This document shows positions 9,997 through 19,340 of a stretch of 64,000 nucleotides of DNA, piece by piece; position 1 is the first letter of the stretch; every line of letters begins with the position of its first letter. The translations under genes were made by a program, and so were the position numbers. The notes below the pieces were generated by a model. The model searched no databases, was not told the origin of the DNA, and saw only the letters and a program-made list of their open reading frames with translations. The DNA lies in the NCBI GenBank assembly GCA_017431745.1, contig JAFRKK010000003.1:3927-67926 (forward strand). Reading direction: 5' to 3'. Origin of the DNA: Candidatus Saccharimonadota bacterium. Its GTDB lineage: Bacteria > Patescibacteriota > Saccharimonadia > Saccharimonadales > Saccharimonadaceae.

Positions 9997-11225
9997 AAAA
10001 TATGATTAGCAATTTTAGTGAGATAGCGCCACTCAAAAAAGTGTTGATGCATCGGCCGGGTGATGAGTTTTTGAATTTAACACCGAACACTTTAGAAAGA
10101 TTGTTATTCGATGACATTCCGTATCTTAAAATTGCACAGGAAGAGCATGATGCGTACGCGAACGCAATGCGAGCAGAGGGTGTGGAAGTAGTGTATATTA
10201 CGGATCTTGCAGCGGAAGCGATTGAGGCAGGAGGGCGTACTGTGAAGAAAAAGTTTTTGGAACAATTTATTCGTGAGGCTGGTGTGACTTCACCAAAAAT
10301 AGCGAAACACTGCTTTGATTATTTGAACGGAATTAAAGACACGCGCGACATGGTGAAAAAATGTATTGCGGGGATAGACATCTCGGAATTGAAAAAACTA
10401 GGTAAAATATCAGGGTTTTATGCAACGCGCGATACCGGTCGGATGATACTAGATCCGATCCCGAACATTTTGTTCCAACGCGATCCGATGGCGACAATTG
10501 GAAATGGAGCGACCTTGCACAAAATGTGGTCAGTGACGCGGACACGTGAGTCCATTTTTATGGAATATGTGTACGAATATCACCCGTTTTACAAAGGAAC
10601 AAAACTGTATTATGATCGGACGGAGCCTTACTGTATTGAGGGCGGAGATATCCAGGTGCTGTCATCGGAGGTAGTGGCGATTGGGATTTCACAACGAACA
10701 GAACCGGACGCGATTGCGGATTTTGCGCGGAATTTATTTAAAGATAAAAAGAACTCGTTTAAATATGTGCTGGCGATTGATATTCCAGATGAGCGTAGTT
10801 TCATGCATCTTGATACTGTGATGACACAGGTAGATGTGGATAAATTTGCGGTACAGGATGCGATTATGGATATTTCGACAATCTATGAGATTTCGGCAGG
10901 TCGAGGTGGTGAAATTGAAATTATGGAGATTCATCAGAATTTGACGAAGGTATTAGAGAAATATTTACATCTGAATAAAGTTGAGTTGATCAAGTGCGGT
11001 AATGGGCGGAGAATTGACGCAGAACGTGAACAGTGGAGTGACGGTGTGAATTTGATGTGTATACGTCCGGGCGTAGTGATGGCGTATGATCGTAATTTTG
11101 TGACAAATCAGGCTTTGAGAAAACACGGGATTAAAGTGATTGAAATTCCATCCTCGGAACTTTCGCGCGGACGGGGTGGTTCGCATTGTATGGCCATGGC
11201 GCTGGTCAGAGAGGAGGCGCAGTAA
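9993..11225 (+). CDS. arcA: Arginine deiminase
   Basis: SEIAPLKKVLMHRPG, LLFDDI, PNILFQRD, IEGGD, MHLDTV, ELSRGRGGSHCM (catalytic Cys). Start overlaps the arcB stop (ATGA). Confidence 0.97.
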   Translation: MKNMISNFSEIAPLKKVLMHRPGDEFLNLTPNTLERLLFDDIPYLKIAQEEHDAYANAMRAEGVEVVYITDLAAEAIEAGGRTVKKKFLEQFIREAGVTSPKIAKHCFDYLNGIKDTRDMVKKCIAGIDISELKKLGKISGFYATRDTGRMILDPIPNILFQRDPMATIGNGATLHKMWSVTRTRESIFMEYVYEYHPFYKGTKLYYDRTEPYCIEGGDIQVLSSEVVAIGISQRTEPDAIADFARNLFKDKKNSFKYVLAIDIPDERSFMHLDTVMTQVDVDKFAVQDAIMDISTIYEISAGRGGEIEIMEIHQNLTKVLEKYLHLNKVELIKCGNGRRIDAEREQWSDGVNLMCIRPGVVMAYDRNFVTNQALRKHGIKVIEIPSSELSRGRGGSHCMAMALVREEAQ

Positions 11226-11276
11226 ACGGAGATTGGCTAATGGGGGTGATAAATATTAAAGTTAAAAGGATTTAAA

Positions 11277-13070
11277 ATGTTTAGGAAGAAAAATCGAAGT
11301 AAGAAACGAACACGCGCGATGCTTTCGGCGTATTCGATTATTATGATTTTGATTATAATACTTGGCATTTTGTCGCATGTTTTGCCTAAAGCGCAGTATG
11401 TGGCAGCTCCAGTAGAAGCGGAAGAAGCTTCAATTGAAGTTGGCCCTGGTGAATGGGAAGGTGAAATGCCAGAAGGTGGGCCAGCGGAGCTGAATGGCGA
11501 AGTGCCACCTAGGCCAGAGGATGGTGAGCGGATGGTCTTGCCAGAAGGTGAATCGGTTCAACCGACAGTAGGCGATGAAGTAACGAGTGAAGGTTTGACA
11601 GAAGACTATAATGCAGAAATTACCGGTACGATTACGGCTGGCGACGAAGTCTCAACGGAAGCTTTGGACGAGGAATTAGCTACTGAAGAAGAGGCTTTTG
11701 ACTCGATGGAAGCTTGCGAGGAAGTTTATGGCGAAGAAGGATGCGTAATCAAGGATGGTTCTGGTGTCGAAGGTGCGGAGCTTTATCAGGTTTTGATGGC
11801 GCCGATTTTAGGATTCCAGGATGCAATTGATGTATGTATCTTTGTGATGATTCTTGGTGGATTCCTTGCGGTAATGGCGAAAACCAAAGCGTTGGAAACT
11901 GGAATTAAGATTCTAGTAAAGAAGATGCACGGAAAAGAGTATTTGTTGATTGCAGTGTTGATGCTGATTTTCTCAATCATGGGTACGACGTATGGGTTCC
12001 TTGAGGAATCTGTTGGATTCTATGTGTTGATCGCGGCAACAATGTTTGCAGCAGGACTTGACCCATTGGTGGGCGTAGCAACTATTTTGCTTGGTGCAGG
12101 TGCTGGTGTGCTGGGTTCGACGATTAACCCATTTGCTACCGGTGTGGCCGTATCAGCAATGAAAGATGCTGGAATTGATTTTAATCAAGGAACGATTATT
12201 TTAATCGCGACAGTGCTATGGCTCACAACGCTTGCGGTTTCAATGTTCTTTGTGATTCGCTATGCGAAAAAGGTACAACGAGATAAAGGCTCAACATTTT
12301 TGTCGTTGCGTGAACAAGCGGCGGCCGAGAAGAGATATTCTAAGTTCTTGCAGGCTAAGGATGACGTACTAAAATTAACGGGCCGTCAGATTGCCTCGTT
12401 GATTGTGTTTGCGTTGACGTTTGTAGTAATGATTATCGGGTTTATCCCTTGGGGTGATTTCGGTATTACATTCTTTGACGATTGGACAGGATGGTTAACC
12501 GGTGCATCACTCGGGAACTGGTGGTTCTATGAAGCGGCCTTATGGTTCTTGATTGCCTCGATTATTATTTCGATTATTAATCGACAAGGTGAGCATGGGT
12601 TTATCGATACATTTATTGATGGTGCAGACGATATGATTGGCGTAGTTCTCGTGATTGCAGTAGCGCGTGGTGCGTCAGTATTGATGGCGGAAACAGCAAT
12701 GGATAATTATATCGTGGTGAATGCGGCGGCAGGGCTTGCATCGCTTCCTGAAATGGCGTTTGTGCCTCTGAACTATTTATTGCATGTAGTGCTCTCAGTG
12801 TTAGTCCCATCATCTTCAGGATTAGCAACGCTTTCGACACCGATCATTACGCCGGTGGCAGCACAGCTAGGATACAGCACCAATGTGGCGGCAATGACAA
12901 TTGTGGCAGCCAATGGCTTAGTCAACTTGATTACGCCGACTTGTGGCGCAATTATGGCTGGCTTGGCGCTTGCAAAAGTTGATTATTCAACTTGGTTTAA
13001 GTGGGGGATTAGAGTGGTAGCATGTATTGCAATAGTTAATATTATCGTACTTTGTCTGTTTTCTCTTTAG
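11277..13070 (+). CDS. arcD: ArcD/YfcC-type arginine:ornithine antiporter with a long acidic insertion
   Basis: Many TM segments, GSTINPFATG, VPSSSGLATLSTPI, LITPTCGAIMAGL...W.KW (YfcC/DcuC family). Last gene of the arc cluster. Confidence 0.85.
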   Translation: MFRKKNRSKKRTRAMLSAYSIIMILIIILGILSHVLPKAQYVAAPVEAEEASIEVGPGEWEGEMPEGGPAELNGEVPPRPEDGERMVLPEGESVQPTVGDEVTSEGLTEDYNAEITGTITAGDEVSTEALDEELATEEEAFDSMEACEEVYGEEGCVIKDGSGVEGAELYQVLMAPILGFQDAIDVCIFVMILGGFLAVMAKTKALETGIKILVKKMHGKEYLLIAVLMLIFSIMGTTYGFLEESVGFYVLIAATMFAAGLDPLVGVATILLGAGAGVLGSTINPFATGVAVSAMKDAGIDFNQGTIILIATVLWLTTLAVSMFFVIRYAKKVQRDKGSTFLSLREQAAAEKRYSKFLQAKDDVLKLTGRQIASLIVFALTFVVMIIGFIPWGDFGITFFDDWTGWLTGASLGNWWFYEAALWFLIASIIISIINRQGEHGFIDTFIDGADDMIGVVLVIAVARGASVLMAETAMDNYIVVNAAAGLASLPEMAFVPLNYLLHVVLSVLVPSSSGLATLSTPIITPVAAQLGYSTNVAAMTIVAANGLVNLITPTCGAIMAGLALAKVDYSTWFKWGIRVVACIAIVNIIVLCLFSL

Positions 13071-13259
13071 AATAATATAATAGTTATTTCTAAAGCTTGG
13101 ACTTGTTTGCTTGTAATTATTACAACATAAGTCAAGAAAAAATCTCCTTATTCGCCCTTCGGGCTGGGGGAGATTTTTTCATTGTTAAGTTGTAATAATT
13201 ACGCAAACAAATCTGGTCTAAATCTCATTATGCTTTAGAAATAACTATTATATTATTCT
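13069..13259. repeat. 191-bp imperfect palindrome between arcD and gpmI (includes a terminator-like core)
   Basis: Perfect 28-bp outer arms at 13069-13096 and 13232-13259, inner arms TAATTATTACAAC/GTTGTAATAATTA and GAAAAAATCTCC/GGAGATTTTTTC. Confidence 0.92.
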
Positions 13260-13276
13260 TATGTTATAATAGCAGT

Positions 13277-14869
13277 ATGGATAAATTATCGTTTGATGGG
13301 CCGGTAGTTTTGGCAGTCTTGGATGGGGTGGGGCTAGCGCCAGATTCTGATGGGAATGCAGTATCAAAAGCGCGAACACCGTTTTTAGGCAAAGCGTCAA
13401 AGAAATATCCGCATTTGGCTCTTGATGCGTCGGGTTTGGCGGTTGGTTTGGTTGATGGACAAATGGGAAATTCAGAGGTTGGCCATAATACGCTTGGATC
13501 TGGGCAGATTATTAAACAAGGTATTGCGCGAATAAATGAGGCGTTTGAGTCTGGTGAAGTTTTTGAATCGACAGCTTGGAAAGGAGCAATATCTCGAATT
13601 GGTAGTGTAGGAACTTTACATTTTGCAGGAATTTTCTCTGATGGTGGAGTACATAGCGATATTTCGCATTTATTTAAGATGATTGGTCGGGCGTATGAAG
13701 AGGGGGTGAGAAAAATGCGAGTACATGCGATATTTGATGGACGAGACGTACCGCCGACTTCGGCGATTGAATACATTAAACAATTCGAGGATTTTGCTTC
13801 GCAGTTTGTTGATGCGGATATTAAGCTCGCATCGGGCGGAGGTCGGATGGTATGTGTGGCTGACCGTTACGAAAACGATTGGAGTGTAGTAAAAAGCGGT
13901 TTTGACATGATGAAATGGGGAAAAGCGGAGTATTATTTCCATTCGGCTGAAGAAGGTGTGTCGGCTTTACGACGAGAATATACTGGGGTGCAGGATCAGA
14001 ATTTACCACCATTTGTGATTGTAGATAATAGCGAAAAACCGGTGGGGACGATTGAGGTTGGAGACGCTTTAATTTATTTTGATTTTCGAGCGGATCGAGC
14101 GATTGAAATTGCGCAAGCTTTTACTTACTGGGATTTTCCGTATTTTGAGCGAGGGAATTATACGCCGGATGATGTGTATTTTGTGGGGATGACGGAATAT
14201 AATTCCGATACACATGTGCCGGAACATAGGCTGGTGGAGCAAATCGTAATTTCGGATACTTTAAGCCAGTTCCTAGGTTTGCACGAGGTGTCGCAACTTG
14301 CGGTATCAGAAACCGTAAAGTTTGGACATATTACATATTATTTCAACGGGAACAGCTATGAGAAAGTGTCGGGCGAAGAGCACATACAAGTGGATTCGTA
14401 CACGGAACCATTTGAAACGAGGCCTTGGATGCGCTCAGCGGAGATTACGGATGCTGTGATTTCGAATTTGGAGAAATATAAATTCGTACGGTTGAATTAT
14501 CCGGGTGGAGATATGGTGGGGCATACGGCGGATATGAATGCGACGATTGTAGCAATGGAGGCGATTGATTTGTCACTAGCGAGACTGTATCAAAAAGTTC
14601 AAGAATTAGGTGGATGCTTAATTATTGTGGCGGATCATGGGAATGCAGAGGAGCTACTTGATAATGAAGGGCGAGCTAAAACTGCGCACACAACAAACAA
14701 AGTACCGTGCATTATTTGTGATGATACGGTAAATCGTTCGCGATATGAATTGGCATCAATAATGAATCCGGGGCTTGCAAATTTGGCTGCGACGATTGCA
14801 ACACTTTTGGGATTTAACGAATACCCAAAAAGTTGGCAAGAATCTTTAATTGTAGTTAATAAATATTAG
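13277..14869 (+). CDS. gpmI: 2,3-bisphosphoglycerate-independent phosphoglycerate mutase
   Basis: LDGVG, GQMGNSEVGH, SDGGVHS, DGRDV, FRADRA, DMVGHT, ADHGNAE, HTTNKVP. Confidence 0.97.
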   Translation: MDKLSFDGPVVLAVLDGVGLAPDSDGNAVSKARTPFLGKASKKYPHLALDASGLAVGLVDGQMGNSEVGHNTLGSGQIIKQGIARINEAFESGEVFESTAWKGAISRIGSVGTLHFAGIFSDGGVHSDISHLFKMIGRAYEEGVRKMRVHAIFDGRDVPPTSAIEYIKQFEDFASQFVDADIKLASGGGRMVCVADRYENDWSVVKSGFDMMKWGKAEYYFHSAEEGVSALRREYTGVQDQNLPPFVIVDNSEKPVGTIEVGDALIYFDFRADRAIEIAQAFTYWDFPYFERGNYTPDDVYFVGMTEYNSDTHVPEHRLVEQIVISDTLSQFLGLHEVSQLAVSETVKFGHITYYFNGNSYEKVSGEEHIQVDSYTEPFETRPWMRSAEITDAVISNLEKYKFVRLNYPGGDMVGHTADMNATIVAMEAIDLSLARLYQKVQELGGCLIIVADHGNAEELLDNEGRAKTAHTTNKVPCIICDDTVNRSRYELASIMNPGLANLAATIATLLGFNEYPKSWQESLIVVNKY

Positions 14870-14932
14870 TTTTTAAAGATTGGTTTTAGGAAACTTGAAA
14901 AAAAGGCACGCGAGATGTAAAATGGGTGTATT

Positions 14933-15760
14933 ATGATTACGAAAGCGATTATTCCGGTAGCGGGTTGGGGGACAAGAAGGCTACCAATTACCAAGATTAT
15001 AGAAAAATCAATGCTTCCGGTAGGCAACCGCCCATTAGTGGATTATTCGGTACAAGAATTAATTGCCGCTGGAGTAAAAGACATCTACATGGTGATTTCT
15101 AATGTGGAGCCTTGCCAAGTACAAGAGTTTTATAAGGATAATTTGGCGTTAAATCAATATTTGATTGAGCGTGGGAAAGAAGACAGATTGGAGCTTGCAA
15201 AGACATTACCGGATGATGTGACAATTCATTATACAGTACAGGATCCTTCGGGTAAATATGGTACGGCGGTACCGATTGCAATGGTAGTGGAGGAATATAA
15301 TATTGACGAGCCGGTACTGGTGTTTATGGGTGATGATTTTATTTGGAATCCGGGTGGTGAATCGGCGGCGAGTGCTTTGATTAATTCTTTGCAGAACGAA
15401 AATGATTCGGCGATTTTAGGAGTTGAAATTGACAAATCTAAAGTAGAAAAATACGGTGTTTTGTCAGTTGAGGATGACAAATTGACGAACGTAGTGGAGA
15501 AACCAACTCCAGAAGAAGCACCATCTAATATGATTAACGTATCTAAATATATTATGTCACCTGAGTTGTTACAAAAAATCGTGAAATATGTGGCTGAAAA
15601 CGATTTCGGTCCGAAGGATCAGGAATATATGGTGACGGATCCAATTGATGAGTATATTAGAGATGGTGGTATAATGCGTGTGGCTCCGACTTCGGGGGAA
15701 TATTTGGATGGTGGCTCGGTGGAGGGGTGGTTACATGCAAATAATGTTGTATGCGGATAA
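14933..15760 (+). CDS. Sugar-phosphate nucleotidyltransferase, GalU-like (UTP--glucose-1-phosphate uridylyltransferase)
   Basis: KAIIPVAGWGTRRLPITKIIEKSMLPVG, GTA, MGDD, YGV...VVEKP. Confidence 0.85.
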   Translation: MITKAIIPVAGWGTRRLPITKIIEKSMLPVGNRPLVDYSVQELIAAGVKDIYMVISNVEPCQVQEFYKDNLALNQYLIERGKEDRLELAKTLPDDVTIHYTVQDPSGKYGTAVPIAMVVEEYNIDEPVLVFMGDDFIWNPGGESAASALINSLQNENDSAILGVEIDKSKVEKYGVLSVEDDKLTNVVEKPTPEEAPSNMINVSKYIMSPELLQKIVKYVAENDFGPKDQEYMVTDPIDEYIRDGGIMRVAPTSGEYLDGGSVEGWLHANNVVCG

Positions 15761-15777
15761 GGGGTAAAAATACAAAG

Positions 15778-15804
15778 CTAGCACTCTTGACATGAGAGTG
15801 CTAA
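15778..15804. promoter_or_regulatory. CIRCE element (HrcA operator) overlapping the -35 of the clpC promoter
   Basis: CTAGCACTC-N9-GAGTGCTAA (consensus TTAGCACTC-N9-GAGTGCTAA). TTGACA at 15787-15792 lies in the spacer, with TATAAT at 15810-15815 17 bp downstream. Confidence 0.93.
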
Positions 15805-15824
15805 TTTTGTATAATGGGGGTATC

Positions 15825-18293
15825 ATGCAGGAAGAATTTAGTGAAATAATGAATAAATTGTCCGAAAATGCACGATTTGCGTTGCAGAAATCGGATTATT
15901 ATAGTAAAAGATACAATAATGGTTACATGGGGACAGAACACCTGCTACTTGGAATAATGTCGATGGATAATTCGATGGGTGCGAAAATTTTGCGAGGGGA
16001 GGGTGTGACGACAGAGGAGGTGGAAAAAGCACTGAATAAGGTGGCGGTGGAGGTGCCAGGCTCAGATATGGCTATGATGTCACTTTCCGAGGCGGTGATT
16101 TTGACTTTACGAATGGCGCAAAACTATACAAAAGAGCAAGGTTTGGGAGTGATAGGGACGGAGCATATATTATATGCATTAATAAGCCAACCAAATTCAC
16201 GAGCATCTTTGATTCTCACGGGGTTGAAGGTTGATGTTGAGAAAGTACTAGACGCGATTGAAGAATTGGTGGAAGAGCAAACGAAAGACGAGAAGTTGAA
16301 GGCGGAAAAAGCCAAATATATGAACAGAAAGCAGTTTAGGTTTTTGTCGCGATACGGAAAGGATTTAACGGAAGAAGCGAAGCAGGGACGACTTGATACG
16401 GTAATTGGTCGAGAAAATGAAATTGAAAGAGTGGTGACGGTGCTTAGTCGCCGAACGAAGTCGAATCCAGTTTTGATTGGCGAAGCGGGTGTTGGTAAAA
16501 CTGCTATTGTAGAGGGGCTTGCTACGAGAATTGTAAAAAATGAGGTTCCGGGTTCTTTGATTGGTAAACACATTTGGCAAGTAGATTTGAGTTCTTTGGT
16601 TGCTGGCACGAAGTTCCGCGGTGAATTTGAGGAAAGAATAAAGGGTGTGATTGACGAGGCGACGGGAGATGATTCGGTTTTGCTGTTCATTGATGAGTTA
16701 CATTTGCTTTCGGGGGCCGGATCAAGCGAAGGCTCGATGGATGCGGCGAACATTTTAAAACCAGCCTTGGCACGAAATTCGATTAATTTGATTGGGGCGA
16801 CAACTTTAGATGAATATCGTAAGTCAATCGAAAAAGATAAGGCACTTTCGCGGCGTTTTCAGACTGTGATGGTGGAAGAACCATCGGCAGCAGTGACCTT
16901 ACGAATTTTGAAGGGGATTAAAGGACATTACGAAAAACATCATGGAGTAGTGATTCCAGATGCTTGTTTAGAAACGGCTATTGTGATGAGTCAGCGATAC
17001 ATTAACGACAGATTTATGCCGGATAAAGTGATTGATATTATTGATGAGGCATCAGCGATTTGTAAAGTGGCGGCGGATAAAAAGGGTGGCGGAAAATATA
17101 AAAAACTGAAAATTGAGAAGTCGATGCTCGAGAATAAAATTGAATCGGCGGCAGAAGCGGAAGATTATGAAAAGGCGGCTGGCTATAAAACCGAATTGGC
17201 ACGACTTGAAAAAGAGATTAAAAAGCTAGAAAAATCGGGTGTTAAAGAAACTACAAATCCGAAATTAACGGAAGAACATTTGGCGACAGCGGTGTCTCTT
17301 AAAACCGGAATTCCGGTATCTAAGGTGCACGGGTCAGAGATGAAAATGCTAGTTAATTTAGAGGCTGAATTGAAGAAATCGATTATTGGCCAGGATGAAG
17401 CTGTGCGTGCAGTGTCAAAGGCGATTCGACGTGGGCGCTCGGGCATTGCAGACTCTCGCAGGCCGATTGGTTCGTTCCTATTTATGGGGCCGACGGGCGT
17501 AGGTAAGACGGAACTTGCTCGAGTAATCGCGAGGGAAGTTTTTGGTGGCGATAATGCGTTGGTGAAAATTGATATGAGCGAATTTGGTGAAAAGCATAAT
17601 GTTTCTAGGTTGGTTGGCGCACCAGCAGGCTACATTGGTTATGATGATGGGGGAAAATTGACGGAAGCGGTGCGGCGCAAACCATATTCAGTAATCCTGT
17701 TTGATGAAATTGAAAAGGCGCATCCGGATGTATTTAATTTGCTTTTGCAGATTTTGGAAGATGGCGTGTTGACGGACGGGCAAGGGAATAAGATTAAGTT
17801 TAATAATACGATTGTGATTTTGACTTCGAACCTTGGTTCGGCGGATATGTATCGTGAATCGGAGCTTGGTTTTACGGCTAAGACTGCAAAGGACAAAAAA
17901 GCTTTGGCGGAAGAATATGAAGAAAATAAGTCTTATGCAATGAAGGCTTTGAAAAAGGTAATGCGACCAGAGCTAATTAATCGTTTGGATAACATTTCCG
18001 TTTTCCATGCCTTAACACGAAAAGATGTTGAGAAAATATTTGATAATTTGATTGACGATTTAAAAAAGAGGCTTGCGACGAAGGGGATTGGCATTAAGAT
18101 TGCTGACTCGGCGAAGAAATATTTGATTGATGAAGGTTATGACCCGAAGAATGGGGCAAGACCGCTTCGGCGTAAGATTGAGGATGAGGTTGAATCGTTG
18201 CTCTCGGAAGAGATTATTGCCGGGAAATTAGTGAAAGGCGATATTCCGACTTTGAAACTCGTAAAAGGTAAACTTAAATTAGTAAAGGAGTAA
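15825..18293 (+). CDS. clpC: ATP-dependent Clp protease ATP-binding subunit ClpC
   Basis: Clp N-domain repeats (GTEHLL, GTEHIL), NBD1 GEAGVGKT, short UVR-type middle domain (AAEAEDYEKAA), NBD2 GPTGVGKT, GARPLRR. Confidence 0.93.
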   Translation: MQEEFSEIMNKLSENARFALQKSDYYSKRYNNGYMGTEHLLLGIMSMDNSMGAKILRGEGVTTEEVEKALNKVAVEVPGSDMAMMSLSEAVILTLRMAQNYTKEQGLGVIGTEHILYALISQPNSRASLILTGLKVDVEKVLDAIEELVEEQTKDEKLKAEKAKYMNRKQFRFLSRYGKDLTEEAKQGRLDTVIGRENEIERVVTVLSRRTKSNPVLIGEAGVGKTAIVEGLATRIVKNEVPGSLIGKHIWQVDLSSLVAGTKFRGEFEERIKGVIDEATGDDSVLLFIDELHLLSGAGSSEGSMDAANILKPALARNSINLIGATTLDEYRKSIEKDKALSRRFQTVMVEEPSAAVTLRILKGIKGHYEKHHGVVIPDACLETAIVMSQRYINDRFMPDKVIDIIDEASAICKVAADKKGGGKYKKLKIEKSMLENKIESAAEAEDYEKAAGYKTELARLEKEIKKLEKSGVKETTNPKLTEEHLATAVSLKTGIPVSKVHGSEMKMLVNLEAELKKSIIGQDEAVRAVSKAIRRGRSGIADSRRPIGSFLFMGPTGVGKTELARVIAREVFGGDNALVKIDMSEFGEKHNVSRLVGAPAGYIGYDDGGKLTEAVRRKPYSVILFDEIEKAHPDVFNLLLQILEDGVLTDGQGNKIKFNNTIVILTSNLGSADMYRESELGFTAKTAKDKKALAEEYEENKSYAMKALKKVMRPELINRLDNISVFHALTRKDVEKIFDNLIDDLKKRLATKGIGIKIADSAKKYLIDEGYDPKNGARPLRRKIEDEVESLLSEEIIAGKLVKGDIPTLKLVKGKLKLVKE

Positions 18294-18296
18294 GTT

Positions 18297-18881
18297 ATGA
18301 CTAAAAATTATTTAGTACCAACTGTGGTTGAAGAAACGAATAAAGGTGAGAGAGCTTATGATATTTATTCAAGGCTTCTGAATGATCGAATTGTATTCTT
18401 GGGTGAAGATGTGAATGCGCATACGGCGAATTTGGTGATTGCGCAGCTTTTGTATCTTGCACACGAGGATTCAAAAAAACCAATTAAGCTTTATATCAAT
18501 TCGCCTGGTGGGTCGGTGTATGATGGTCTTGCGATTATTGATACGATGAATTATATTGAACCAGATGTAGAAACGATTGGAATTGGCCTTCAGGCTTCGA
18601 TGGGTGCAATGCTTTTGTCTTCGGGTGCAAAAGGTAAGAGGTATTGCTTGCCAAATTCGAGGATTATGATTCATCAACCATCTTCTGGAACGGAGGGTAA
18701 AATCACTGATCAGGAAATTATGTTGAGGGAAGGCGTGTTTTTGAAGAAGCGTCTAGCGGAGATTTTTGCGAAGAATACTGGTAAAGATTTGAAGCAAGTT
18801 GAAAAAGATATGGATCGTGATAATTGGATGAGCGCGGAAGAAGCTTTGGAATACGGGATTATCGACGAGATAATTAAATAA
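18297..18881 (+). CDS. clpP: ATP-dependent Clp protease proteolytic subunit
   Basis: [21 protein letters not shown] (Ser), MIHQP (His), [11 protein letters not shown]. Confidence 0.98.
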   Translation: MTKNYLVPTVVEETNKGERAYDIYSRLLNDRIVFLGEDVNAHTANLVIAQLLYLAHEDSKKPIKLYINSPGGSVYDGLAIIDTMNYIEPDVETIGIGLQASMGAMLLSSGAKGKRYCLPNSRIMIHQPSSGTEGKITDQEIMLREGVFLKKRLAEIFAKNTGKDLKQVEKDMDRDNWMSAEEALEYGIIDEIIK

Positions 18882-18896
18882 GTGTATAATGAGAAT

Positions 18897-19325
18897 ATGA
18901 AAGTATTATGGACTGACGGAAGTGCAAGCCCGAATCCAGGGCCAGGGGGCTATGCGGTGATTGAGGTGGATGGAGATGAAGCTCGGCCAGTTGTTTTGGG
19001 TTGCGAAAAAGAATCGACGAATATTCGGATGGAAGCTCAAGCGATGATTGCGGCAATTAAATATGCTGGCGAAGAGGGTTGTAAAATACATTCAGATTCG
19101 GAATTTTGGATTAAGGTGTTGACCAAATGGGCACCCGGTTGGAAAGATAGAGGCTGGAAAAAAACAAAAGGCGAGATTAAGAATTTAGATTTGGTGCAAG
19201 AACTGTATGGGCTTTATTGTAAATACCCGGTGGAACTCGTTTGGGTAAAAGGTCACGTGGGCACTCAGTATAATGAACTCGCGGATGAGTGGGCTAATAA
19301 AGCACGACTTGGCGAGAAGTTGTGA
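18897..19325 (+). CDS. rnhA: Ribonuclease HI
   Basis: WTDGSASPNPGPGG, TNIRME, SDS, WKDRGWK, WVKGH...NELADEWA. Confidence 0.96.
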   Translation: MKVLWTDGSASPNPGPGGYAVIEVDGDEARPVVLGCEKESTNIRMEAQAMIAAIKYAGEEGCKIHSDSEFWIKVLTKWAPGWKDRGWKKTKGEIKNLDLVQELYGLYCKYPVELVWVKGHVGTQYNELADEWANKARLGEKL

Positions 19326-19340
19326 TATAATTAATCTATT

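Noticed and set aside
7853-13259. arc cluster as a tRNA-Leu-integrated island
   Set aside because: The cluster lies on the 5' side of the tRNA. No duplicated tRNA 3' end (att site) and no integrase were found.
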